Assembly: GCA_902782185.1 (NCBI GenBank)
Contig: CACZLT010000023.1
Coordinates: 6,933-70,932, forward strand
Reading direction: 5' to 3'
DNA length: 64,000 nucleotides
Source: an uncultured Bacteroidota bacterium
GTDB lineage: Bacteria > Bacteroidota > Bacteroidia > Bacteroidales > P3
Both the position numbers and the translations under genes were made by a program. Below are positions 1 to 8,239 of this stretch, piece after piece; positions within the stretch are counted from its first letter, which is position 1; each line of letters begins with the position of its first letter. A model generated the notes under the pieces. It saw only the letters and a list, made by a program, of their open reading frames with translations, was not told where the DNA came from and made no database searches.

Positions 1-479
1 GATACCGGCCATCTCGCATCCGCAGCCAAAAATCATGAAGCCGACGGCAGCCAGCTTGGCCGAGGCGGGCATGCCACGGTAGAAGGGCGACACGCCGAGC
101 TCGTCGAAGCCGGGGATGTAGTTGAGGTTGTTGGTGAACCAGGTCTCAAGGCCGCTGCCCTGACGGCATACCACTTGATGAGGCCACCGGCCAGCATCAC
201 GGCGCCGGAGAGGACGGCCGTGAAGCGGACGCCCATCTTGTCGAGGATGATGCCGGCGAAGATGAGGAAGAAGACGAAGACGTTGAGGAACGTCTCGGCT
301 CCCTGCATGGTGCCGAAGGCGAGGCTGTCCCAGGCGCGGGTTTCCTGCATGAGGTCCTTGATGGGGGACAGGATGTCCATGAAAATGTAGCTGCAGAACA
401 TGGCAAAGGCCAGGAGCAGCAGCGCAATCCAGCGCATGGCGGCGCTGTCGCGCAGGGTTGTGATAGCGGTTTTTGTCAT
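1..479 (-). pseudogene. MFS transporter, 5' portion running off the window, with a reading-frame break near nt 58-64
   Basis: ORF 33..479 starts MTKTAITTLRDSAAMRWIALLLLAFAMFCSYIFMDILSPI... (TM-rich, MFS-like). After ...LIKWYAV it turns into P/S/T/A-rich nonsense. Another frame of nt 1-62 reads GSGLETWFTNNLNYIPGFDELGVSPFYRGMPASAKLAAVGFMIFGCGCEMAGI, so the protein continues after a 1-nt shift at a CCC/GGG run. Confidence 0.6.
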
Positions 480-515
480 ACTATTTTATGTTTATTTAAC
501 TTACAAAAGAAAGTG

Positions 516-523
516 CAAAGATA
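516..523 (-). promoter_or_regulatory. Bacteroidetes -7 promoter box (TATCTTTG) for the MFS gene
   Basis: The reverse complement of caaagata is TATCTTTG, matching the TAnnTTTG consensus, about 37 nt upstream of the ATG at 479. Confidence 0.55.
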
Positions 524-788
524 CACAAAAAAACCGACATGGCGGGAATCTTTTTTAAAAAGGCGAAAAAAAGCACGGAAACGACCCTCGAAACGGGCGA
601 AAATTTTTCGCACAAAAACCGAAAAAATGCCCAAAATCACAAGTTTACATTAATCTAATTATCAGCATATTAAATACATCCTCTTCTTCCCCCCTTCTTC
701 TATGGTTAGGGACGGCGGGCAATAAAAGGGTAACTTGGGCGTTGTATATAAAAACATTGGTTGTATTTGAAAATAATATTGTAGGATT

Positions 789-1622
789 ATGGCAAAACTA
801 GAGCAGGGCATCCTCGGGCCTTTCCGGGGGAAGGTCGGTACGGTGGTGGGGTATATGTGGCGGGGGAAGCACGTGGTGCGCGGGTACCGCAAGGAAATCA
901 ACTATCCGAACACTGCGAACCAGCGGGCGGAGCGCGACTGGTTCGTGTCGATGGTGCGTTTCGCGGCCACGGCGCGGCAGGCTTTGCTGCTGGGAATGAG
1001 AGAGAAGGCCGCGCGGTGGCAGATGACCGAAGGGAACGCATTTGTGAAAATGAACAAAAGCGCCTTCAAAAGAAATCAGATAGAAAAAATAGAATCCATA
1101 GATTCTATAGACTCTATGGATTCCATGAATTCCATAGATTATCAGAGGATTATCCTCTCCGAGGGTTCCGCCGCACCAGTCCGCTTTTCCACGGCAAACG
1201 TGGACGGCAACAGTGTCCTCTCCGTTGATTTCGAGAAGAACGGCGGCATGAGCCGCGCCAGGGGCGGCGACCGCGTCTACCTATACATATATAATACAGC
1301 CACCCGCGAGGGCTTCCTCTCCCACCCCGCCGAGCGGCGGAGCGGACGGCTAGCGGTGCAACTCCCCGACGGCTGGACGGAGCGGAACGTCAAGCTGTGG
1401 GGCTTCGTGGTGGACAAGGAAGGCCGAGCCAGCGGCTCGGCCTATGTGGAGGTGGAAATCTCCAAAAATTCCTGTGGCACCGGTATCTCCAGCCAGGCTG
1501 GCCAGCCGCTAGCGCACCACGACGATGCGGCGGGCGGCGGCGTTGCCGACGCGGACGAGGTAGGCTCCCGAGACGGGTGCCTCAAAGCGCACCGCTCCGA
1601 AGGTGTCGCGGCGGGTGGCTAG
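789..1622 (+). CDS. DUF6266 family protein
   Basis: The N-terminus MAKLEQGILGPFRGKVGTVVGYMWRGKHVVRGY is, from memory, the signature start of the Bacteroidetes DUF6266 family. The last ~38 codons run antisense into the convergent LRR gene and look like read-through. Confidence 0.65.
   Translation: MAKLEQGILGPFRGKVGTVVGYMWRGKHVVRGYRKEINYPNTANQRAERDWFVSMVRFAATARQALLLGMREKAARWQMTEGNAFVKMNKSAFKRNQIEKIESIDSIDSMDSMNSIDYQRIILSEGSAAPVRFSTANVDGNSVLSVDFEKNGGMSRARGGDRVYLYIYNTATREGFLSHPAERRSGRLAVQLPDGWTERNVKLWGFVVDKEGRASGSAYVEVEISKNSCGTGISSQAGQPLAHHDDAAGGGVADADEVGSRDGCLKAHRSEGVAAGG
1089..1142 (+). repeat. 6 x 9-nt degenerate tandem repeat (ATAGAWTCY) inside DUF6266
   Basis: The units are atagaatcc atagattct atagactct atggattcc atgaattcc atagattat, encoding IES IDS IDS MDS MNS IDY. 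The stretch is AT-rich within a GC-rich gene. Confidence 0.85.
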
Positions 1623-4526
1623 CAGACGACCCACGGCGTCGTAGACCGCGACGGGCTGGCCGTCGGCGCCCTCGACCACAATCTGCCCGCCTTGCTGATA
1701 AATCATGTAGTCGACCGTCTCCACGTCGTCGATGCTGACATAGACTGTGTCGTGGATGTAGACCGTGTCGTGGACGATGCGGTCGATGTAGATTGTGTCC
1801 GTCAGCCAGAGGGTGTCGGTGCTATAGACAGTCAACGTGTCGATTTGGTAGACGGTCAGCGTGTCGGTCAGCGTTACCGTATCCGTCTGCACCACAGTGA
1901 GGGTGTCGGTGTGGGTGATGTAGGTGGTGTCGTGGACGGGAACGTCAATGTAGATGGTGTCATGGACAAAAATGTCGATGTAGGTAGTGTCATGGACAGG
2001 AACGTCAACATACGTGGTGTCATGGACAAAAACGTCTATATAGGTGGTGTCGTGCACGGGAACGTCAATGTAGGTAGTGTCATGGACAGGGACATAAATG
2101 CACGTTGTGTCATGGACGAAGTTGTCAACGACAAGGGTGTCTCTTGGTGGGAACGAGAATGTGGCTGAAAGGAGTGTGTCGGAGGCCACAGTGAGGGAAA
2201 GCGGGTTGTCTGTACTGCCGGTGTTCCAACTGTCGAAAACAAAGCCGCCCGTGGGGAAAGCGTAGAGGGTGGCGGTGTCGCCGCGGTAGTAGACGCCTGC
2301 ACCAATGACGGTGCCACGGTCGGGCGAGAGGGCTTGGGTGGAGACGATGAATGTGTCGGGCTCGAAGGCGGCGGTGAGGACGGTGTCCTGCGAGAGTGTG
2401 AGGGTGCGGGGATTGACGATGCTGCCGTCGTTCCAAGAAACAAAGCGGTATCGGGAAGCGGGAACAGCCTGTACGGTGGCCTGCCCCGTCTCGCAAGGCG
2501 AGGCCATGTACTCGACGGTGCCCTGGCCACTGTTGTCCGAAGAGACATGCATGGAATAGTCGCCGCTGATCATCTGGTAGTTGGTGAAGCTGCTCCAGCC
2601 CGGTGCCTGCTGGTAGTCGAGGATGGCTGTGCAGGGGACGTAGAGGGGGATGGAGTATTTGCTGCTGCTGACGAGGTAGGAGGCTGTGGGTGGCACCGTG
2701 GCATAAGACCTTATCAAGGAAAGGTTTCCCATGTCCGAGAATGCACCGCTGCCAATGCGCGTAACGGATGCCGGGATAATGATTTCCGAGACGTTGTTGC
2801 AGCCATAGAAAGCGTAATCGGGGAGGTGTTTTACATTGTTGCCCAAATGTATTTGAAGAGAGGGGTTGCTGTTCTGGAACGCCGACTCTCGTTTCCACCC
2901 TGGAACCGCACTCATTGTCAGGCAACTGTCGGCGTTGAAGTACACATCTGTGAGCGAGGTGCAGTTTTGAATGGCACAATTACCGATGTAGGTTACCGAC
3001 GGGGGAATGGTAAGCGAGGTCAAAGAAGAGCAGCTGGTAAAGGCTCTTTCTCCAAGATACTGCAAAGTGTTGGGGAGAGAGATACTGGATAGCGACTGGC
3101 AGTTTCCGAATGCATTTTCGCCGATAGAGTCAAGCCCTTCGGGAAGAAGCACCTGTTGCAAGTTGGTACATCCGTCAAATACGCTGTTTCCAAGGTACTG
3201 TGCAGAAGGAATATTTAAAGATGCCAATGCAGCGCAGTACGCAAAAGCCTGATATTCTATGCGCTCGACAGAACTCCCCATTTGTACACTGGACAGGGAA
3301 GTACAACTGCTAAATGCCTCACGACCAATGCTTCGGACACCATTGCCCATAATCACCCCTAAAAGATTCTGGCAAGCGGCAAAGGCACGACGTTCAATAT
3401 TAGTAACTGAATTAGGAATAATCAAGTTGACAATTCTAGTATCCCTAAAGGCTGCATAAGGGATGTTTTTTACGTTATTTCCAATATTTATAGTAGTAAG
3501 ATTAGGGCAACTACCAAACCATGAGAGATTCGTAGCGGTAGACGGATTTATGCAGGAATCCGCATTAAAATTAACAGTCGTTAAAGCATTCCAAAATGAG
3601 AAACTCCAGACGCATATCTCTTCAATGTGAGCCGGTATGGTGAGTTCTGTAATAAGGGAGTTTCCTGTGAAAGATGAAGCCCCAATATATTTCAGGGAGG
3701 AAGGGAATGACAACGCTGGCAGGGAGTTGGAGAAGAATGCACCATGGCCAATGGAATCCAACGAGTTCCCCCAAATGATATGCTTGATATTGCAACCACC
3801 AAACGCATAATTGCCGATACTACGCACCGAATTGGGAATCATAACAGTATCAATGGCTGTGCGTCCGACGAATAAATTGGCAGGGATATATTTGACATTG
3901 GGTCCAAAGTTCGCCTTGTTGATTGGAGAGTTCCCCCAAACAGTATTGCTGACGGAATAAAGGCTAGCATTGTTTGTGGAAAAACTACCGGGCATGGCGG
4001 TGCAGCTGTCGGCGTTGAAGTTGACTGTTCGGAGTTGGCTGCAGTTGGAGAAGGCATAGGTGCCGACGCTGGCAATCTGGCGGGGAAGGGTAAGGGTGGT
4101 GAGGTGGTGGTTGCCGTAGAAGGCGTTTTGACCGATGGAGGTTACGCCGTTACCCAAATCAAGACTCTCCATGAGGGTGCAGCCGTAGAAGGCGTAGTCG
4201 CCGACGGCGGTTACGGTGGCGGGTATCGTAACGGAGAGGATGCTGTCGCACTGGTAGAAGGTGTTAAAGGTGATAGCGGTTACGGTGTAGGTGGTGCCGC
4301 CGTGGGTTACTGTGGAGGGGATGACGATGTGGCCGCGAGGCTTTGTGTAGCCGCTGTAGTAGTTGTTGGACACGAGGTTGGGGTAGGTCAAGCCGACGGT
4401 GGTCGGCGAGAGGATTTTGAAGTAGAGAGTCTTGTCGGCTCCCAGCGAGTGTTGGAAGTCGAAGTTTTGTGCATGCACCATGCCGAATAGCATCAACACA
4501 GTCCCAAGGGGCAGCATTCGCTTCAT
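1509..4526 (-). CDS. BspA-like leucine-rich-repeat surface protein with InlB-B/Listeria-Bacteroides repeats and a T9SS C-terminal sorting domain
   Basis: The start was moved to MKRMLPLGTVLMLFGMVHAQ (signal peptide, ATG at 4526). The body holds many ~23-aa LRR_5-type units (IPxSVTxIGxxAFxxC). Two RYRFVSWNDGS / GFVFDSWNTGS-type repeat domains follow. The C-terminus ...VSGAYLVRVGNAAARRIVVVR is typical of a T9SS CTD. Confidence 0.85.
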   Translation of the reverse strand: MKRMLPLGTVLMLFGMVHAQNFDFQHSLGADKTLYFKILSPTTVGLTYPNLVSNNYYSGYTKPRGHIVIPSTVTHGGTTYTVTAITFNTFYQCDSILSVTIPATVTAVGDYAFYGCTLMESLDLGNGVTSIGQNAFYGNHHLTTLTLPRQIASVGTYAFSNCSQLRTVNFNADSCTAMPGSFSTNNASLYSVSNTVWGNSPINKANFGPNVKYIPANLFVGRTAIDTVMIPNSVRSIGNYAFGGCNIKHIIWGNSLDSIGHGAFFSNSLPALSFPSSLKYIGASSFTGNSLITELTIPAHIEEICVWSFSFWNALTTVNFNADSCINPSTATNLSWFGSCPNLTTINIGNNVKNIPYAAFRDTRIVNLIIPNSVTNIERRAFAACQNLLGVIMGNGVRSIGREAFSSCTSLSSVQMGSSVERIEYQAFAYCAALASLNIPSAQYLGNSVFDGCTNLQQVLLPEGLDSIGENAFGNCQSLSSISLPNTLQYLGERAFTSCSSLTSLTIPPSVTYIGNCAIQNCTSLTDVYFNADSCLTMSAVPGWKRESAFQNSNPSLQIHLGNNVKHLPDYAFYGCNNVSEIIIPASVTRIGSGAFSDMGNLSLIRSYATVPPTASYLVSSSKYSIPLYVPCTAILDYQQAPGWSSFTNYQMISGDYSMHVSSDNSGQGTVEYMASPCETGQATVQAVPASRYRFVSWNDGSIVNPRTLTLSQDTVLTAAFEPDTFIVSTQALSPDRGTVIGAGVYYRGDTATLYAFPTGGFVFDSWNTGSTDNPLSLTVASDTLLSATFSFPPRDTLVVDNFVHDTTCIYVPVHDTTYIDVPVHDTTYIDVFVHDTTYVDVPVHDTTYIDIFVHDTIYIDVPVHDTTYITHTDTLTVVQTDTVTLTDTLTVYQIDTLTVYSTDTLWLTDTIYIDRIVHDTVYIHDTVYVSIDDVETVDYMIYQQGGQIVVEGADGQPVAVYDAVGRLLATRRDTFGAVRFEAPVSGAYLVRVGNAAARRIVVVR
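1917..2117 (-). repeat. about 7 x 30-nt tandem repeat encoding the decapeptide VHDTTYIDVP
   Basis: The protein reads VHDTTCIYVP VHDTTYIDVP VHDTTYIDVF VHDTTYVDVP VHDTTYIDIF VHDTIYIDVP VHDTTYI. A related DT(L/V)T-rich tract follows. Confidence 0.85.
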
Positions 4527-4905
4527 CCTGTTTTGCCGGTTATATACCATCGGCCCGTCGGTTTTGAGGTGCCCTGATTCCCGTGGGGCGGGGTGATTCT
4601 GTTGTTTGTCTTTTATGGAAACATATATAAAAAGAAGCGCGGGAATCTGTATCATCGCTTATCCCGCCATCGAGGCTCTCGCAATGCCTAGTTACGTAGA
4701 ATAAGCAATGCCCGAAGCCCACGCTGACGACACACGGCTGAATGCCGCATGCCAATCCAGTGGACGGAGGCTGTTGCATTATCGCGACGTAACTTTGAAT
4801 TTGCGAGATTCGATGGCCGCAGATAAAACGTTAGCTCAACGTCTTTCCTATTATGTCTCTGTCGCCCACCCACTTACCCGTCACGGGCTCGGGTGGATGA
4901 CATTG

Positions 4906-4913
4906 CAAAATTA
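4906..4913 (-). promoter_or_regulatory. candidate -7 box (TAATTTTG) about 380 nt upstream of the LRR gene
   Basis: The reverse complement of caaaatta is TAATTTTG. No other TAnnTTTG lies between it and the ATG at 4526, which implies a long leader. Confidence 0.4.
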
Positions 4914-4956
4914 CAATTTTTTTATGATATGACAAATTTATTCCTACACAACCTAT

Positions 4957-5005
4957 GATTTTGTCGTATCTTTGCAGCCGGAAAAAAGAGACAAACCGCA
5001 TGGAA
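4957..5005 (+). repeat. 49-bp perfect direct repeat, copy 1 (duplicated promoter plus ATGGAA)
   Basis: gattttgtcgtatctttgcagccggaaaaaagagacaaaccgcatggaa is identical to 6412..6460. The ORF track shows the same 17 aa (..ILSYLCSRKKETNRME) opening ORFs 4955.. and 6407... Confidence 0.95.
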
Positions 5006-5018
5006 CCAATCTTTTCCA

Positions 5019-6164
5019 CTAACCCTCCACTTCAACCCTCCAGTTGCGGCAGACAGCACCCTGCAGGGAAACCGTCTCTTCTCCATCATAAAGAACCGTT
5101 CCCTCCTCCACACTCTCACCATATAGTTTGCGGAAATAGTTAATGCCAGCCGAGAACTGGGTGCTGTAGCGCTGTGCCGACTTGATTTCGTAGGCGCAAA
5201 GCCTGTCAAAACCCGACTCCTCTATCAAATCCACCTCTTTCTGGGCATTGTCCCGATAGTAATACAGTTGCGGGGTTTTGCCTTGATTGAAGCGTCGCTT
5301 GCAAAACTCCGACACCACCATGTTCTCGAACAACATTCCCCGCAACGGATGCGTGTCCAACTGGTGTGGGCTTTCTATTCCAAGCAGATGGCAGGCAAGC
5401 CCGGTCTCGTAAAAATAGAGTTTGTGGGCTTTCACTATACGCTTGCCGACATTGCGGTAATACGGAGGGAGCGTAAAAGTGATATAAGAAGTGTTTAACA
5501 TTCCCAGCCAATGCTGCACCGTCTTCACATCGATACCCAGTTCATTGCCAACACGTGAGGCGTTGAACTCCGTAGCCACACGGCTGGCCATCAACCGCGC
5601 AAACCTGCGGAAAAGGTCCAAGTCCCTGACATTGACCAGCTGCCGCAGGTCTCTCTCCACGTAGGTGCGATAATAGTTGGAATAGACATCGTAGGGAGAC
5701 CGTCCGTCGCCCCAAACTGCCGGATAGAAACCGTTGAACATCAATTCCGTACTCAACATCCCTGCACCAACCTCGGCCACAGAAAGAGGCAGCAGCGTGA
5801 GCAACGCCGCCCTGCCGGCCAGCGACTGGCTAATCTGCTCCATCAACGTGAAATTATTGCTCCCGCTGAGGACAAACCTCCTGGTTTTATTTTCGTCAAC
5901 AAGCACCTGGATATACGAGAACAGTATGGGTACCTGCTGTGCCTCGTCCAAAATCATACCCGAATCATTCTTTTTTAGAAACCCCATGGGATCTGCAAGC
6001 AATTTTTCGCGCACATCCGGATTCTCAAGATTGACATACTGGTGATTCGGGAAGGCCATTTTGCACAAAGTGGTCTTCCCCGACTGACGTGGCCCTGTTA
6101 AAATCAATACAGGAAATGTTTCCGCCAACCGTAACGCCTCTTCTTTTAAAATCCTGTTAATCAT
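5019..6164 (-). CDS. AAA+ ATPase, AAA_14 + DUF4143 (COG1373-type) family
   Basis: It has the Walker A motif LILTGPRQSGKTT, a Walker B-like GMILDEAQ, and a C-terminal DUF4143-like region (YYYRDNAQKEVDLIEE...). The ORF is clean with an ATG start. Confidence 0.85.
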   Translation of the reverse strand: MINRILKEEALRLAETFPVLILTGPRQSGKTTLCKMAFPNHQYVNLENPDVREKLLADPMGFLKKNDSGMILDEAQQVPILFSYIQVLVDENKTRRFVLSGSNNFTLMEQISQSLAGRAALLTLLPLSVAEVGAGMLSTELMFNGFYPAVWGDGRSPYDVYSNYYRTYVERDLRQLVNVRDLDLFRRFARLMASRVATEFNASRVGNELGIDVKTVQHWLGMLNTSYITFTLPPYYRNVGKRIVKAHKLYFYETGLACHLLGIESPHQLDTHPLRGMLFENMVVSEFCKRRFNQGKTPQLYYYRDNAQKEVDLIEESGFDRLCAYEIKSAQRYSTQFSAGINYFRKLYGESVEEGTVLYDGEETVSLQGAVCRNWRVEVEG

Positions 6165-6213
6165 ATATATAAATTCGTTTTATACAGATTTGGAATTAAA
6201 CTCCAAATCGGCG

Positions 6214-6221
6214 CAAAATTA
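6214..6221 (-). promoter_or_regulatory. -7 box (TAATTTTG) for the ATPase gene, followed by the palindrome GATTTGGA-N7-TCCAAATC (6187..6209)
   Basis: The reverse complement of caaaatta is TAATTTTG, about 50 nt upstream of the ATG at 6164. The 8-bp inverted repeat sits over the predicted transcription start and leader. Confidence 0.5.
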
Positions 6222-6411
6222 CACAAAATATTTGATATACAGAAGAAAAAGCTTCTCTCAAAAAGATTTTTCCACATTTGTCTATACACAAAAAAGCCCC
6301 GACCAAGGGCGGGGTCTTAGAAAGGAATCTGTGGTTCTAAAGCGTGTCGGTTTGCGGATGTAAAATTACGAACTTTTTCTGACACGGAGAAATATTTTTT
6401 CGGAGGGTGGG

Positions 6412-6460
6412 GATTTTGTCGTATCTTTGCAGCCGGAAAAAAGAGACAAACCGCATGGAA
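6412..6460 (+). repeat. 49-bp perfect direct repeat, copy 2 (functional promoter and start of the thioesterase gene)
   Basis: It is identical to 4957..5005. It contains TATCTTTG at 6422..6429 and the thioesterase ATG at 6455. Confidence 0.95.
6422..6429 (+). promoter_or_regulatory. -7 box (TATCTTTG) for the thioesterase gene
   Basis: TAnnTTTG match 26 nt upstream of the ATG at 6455. An identical box lies at 4967..4974 in repeat copy 1. Confidence 0.6.
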
Positions 6461-6844
6461 TACATCTTCGAAAATCGGGAGCGGGTGCGCGACTACGAGT
6501 GCGACCTGCAGGGCATCGTGAACAATGCCAACTACCAGCACTACCTGGAGCATTCGCGGCACCTGTTCATCCTGGAACGCGGGGTGAGCTTCGCCGAGCT
6601 GCACGCGGAGGGCATCGACGTGGTGGTGGCGCGGTTCAAGATACAGTACAAAACCCCCTTGCGTCCCAACGACGAGTACATCTGCCGTCTGCGACCCGAG
6701 AAGCAGGGTGTGCGCTACGTCTTCCACCAGGCCATCTTCCGCGCCAGCGACAACGCGCTGTGCGCCCGCGCGCGTGTGGACTGCGCGGTAACGATGGATG
6801 GCCGGCTTGTGGCCGGCCATCCGAAGATTGACGCGCTGCTGTAG
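6455..6844 (+). CDS. acyl-CoA thioesterase, hotdog fold (YbgC/4HBT family)
   Basis: MEYIFENRERVRDYECDLQGIVNNANYQHYLEHSRHLFILERGVSFAELHAEGIDVVVARFKIQYK... fits the 4HBT pattern. The start was chosen at the internal ATG downstream of the promoter box. Confidence 0.75.
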   Translation: MEYIFENRERVRDYECDLQGIVNNANYQHYLEHSRHLFILERGVSFAELHAEGIDVVVARFKIQYKTPLRPNDEYICRLRPEKQGVRYVFHQAIFRASDNALCARARVDCAVTMDGRLVAGHPKIDALL

Positions 6845-6849
6845 TCTGC

Positions 6850-6869
6850 GGACACGGCACGCCGTGTCC
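6850..6869. terminator. GC hairpin between the convergent thioesterase and tyrS stops
   Basis: ggacacgg-cacg-ccgtgtcc forms an 8-bp stem directly abutting the tyrS stop codon. There is no clear U-tract. Confidence 0.45.
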
Positions 6870-8147
6870 CTACTCTATATTCAATAGATAGTAGTTCTTT
6901 TTGCCTTTCTGGACGAGGATGCAGCCGGAGGCTAGGACGTCGGCGGCAGTGAGGGTGCAGCCCTCCCCTACTTTCTGCTTGTTGACGGAGATGGAGTTCT
7001 GCTTCAACTCGCGGCGTATCTCACCCTTGGAGGCGAACATGCCCACCTCGGCGGCCAGGTCGACCAGCGAGGCGCCGGCCTCGATGGCGGCGCGGCTGAC
7101 CGAGAACTGCGGCACACCCTCGAAGACGCTGTCGAGGGTCTTGCGGTCGAGGCTGTTGAGCTGCTCGGTGGTGGCTTTGCCGAAGAGAAGCTCGGAGGCG
7201 GCGATGGCGGTGTTGTAGGCTGTCTCGCCATGGACGCGGATGGTGATGTCCTTGGCCAGGGCACGTTGGAGGATGCGCTGCTCGGGAGCCTCGGTGTGCT
7301 GCCGTTCCAGGGCTTCAATCTCCTCTTTGGAGAAGAGGGTAAAGATGCGGATGTAGCGGGCGGTGTCCACGTCGGAGCAGTTGAGCCAGAACTGGTAAAA
7401 CTTGTAGGGCGAGGTGCGCTCGGCATCGAGCCACACGTTGCCGCCCTCAGTCTTGCCGAACTTGGTGCCGTCGGCCTTGGTGATGAGGGGGCAGGTGAGG
7501 GCGTATGCCTCGCCGCCTTCCATGCGGCGGATGAGCTCGGTGCCAGTGGTGATGTTACCCCACTGGTCGGAACCGCCCATCTGCAGGCGGCAGCCCTTGG
7601 TGCGATAGAGGGTGAGGAAGTCGTAGCCCTGCAGCAACTGGTAGCTGAACTCGGTGAAGGAGATACCGGTCTCGAGGCGCTTCTTGACGCTGTCCTTGGT
7701 CATCATGTAGTTGACGGTGATGTGCTTGCCCACATCGCGGATGAAGTCGAGGAAGAGGTAGTCCTTCATCCAGTCGTAGTTGTTGAGTATTTCGGCACCG
7801 TTGACGGGGTTGTCGAAGTCGAGGAAGCGCGAGAGCTGCTGCTTGATGCAGTCGACGTTGTGCTGTATCTCGTCGGGGGTGAGCAGTTTACGCTCGGCGG
7901 CCTTGAAGGAGGGGTCGCCAATCATGCCGGTGGCGCCGCCGACGACGGCCAGGGGCTTGTGGCCGGCCATCTGGAGGTGCTTGAGCAGCATGATGGAGAC
8001 GAGGTGACCGATATGTAGGCTGTCGGCGGTGGGGTCGATGCCGACGTAGGCAGTGGTTACTTCTTTGTTGAGCTGCTCCTCGGTGCCGGGCATGATGTCG
8101 TGGATCATGCCGCGCCAACGGAGCTCTTCTACAAGGTTTGTGTTCAT
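6870..8147 (-). CDS. tyrS: tyrosine--tRNA ligase
   Basis: It carries the class I motifs HIGHL and KFGKTEGG (KMSKS-type) and a C-terminal S4-like domain. The ORF is full length at 425 aa. Confidence 0.95.
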   Translation of the reverse strand: MNTNLVEELRWRGMIHDIMPGTEEQLNKEVTTAYVGIDPTADSLHIGHLVSIMLLKHLQMAGHKPLAVVGGATGMIGDPSFKAAERKLLTPDEIQHNVDCIKQQLSRFLDFDNPVNGAEILNNYDWMKDYLFLDFIRDVGKHITVNYMMTKDSVKKRLETGISFTEFSYQLLQGYDFLTLYRTKGCRLQMGGSDQWGNITTGTELIRRMEGGEAYALTCPLITKADGTKFGKTEGGNVWLDAERTSPYKFYQFWLNCSDVDTARYIRIFTLFSKEEIEALERQHTEAPEQRILQRALAKDITIRVHGETAYNTAIAASELLFGKATTEQLNSLDRKTLDSVFEGVPQFSVSRAAIEAGASLVDLAAEVGMFASKGEIRRELKQNSISVNKQKVGEGCTLTAADVLASGCILVQKGKKNYYLLNIE

Positions 8148-8180
8148 GTATATATATTATATTGTATTCATTAATTTAAT

Positions 8181-8216
8181 AAAAGGAGGCACTGCCTGCG
8201 GGCGGTACCTCCTTTT
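8181..8216 (-). terminator. intrinsic terminator downstream of the propeller gene
   Basis: aaaaggagg...cctcctttt gives a 9-bp outer stem plus partial inner pairing, with flanking A/T tracts, 24 nt after the stop at 8240. Confidence 0.6.
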
Positions 8217-8239
8217 CAGTGCTAGTTTACGCCCTGCGT

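Noticed and set aside
4680-4900. Possible riboswitch or small RNA in the 430-nt gap upstream of the LRR gene
   Set aside because: Stems are visible, but I could not match TPP, SAM, cobalamin, FMN, fluoride or other consensus cores by eye. It is reported only as an unexplained leader, not as an RNA gene.
6290-6320. The hairpin aaaaaagCCCCGaccaagggCGGGGtctt as a terminator feature
   Set aside because: It has only a 5-bp stem, and on the minus strand it follows no gene. It is mentioned only as part of the ATPase cassette description.
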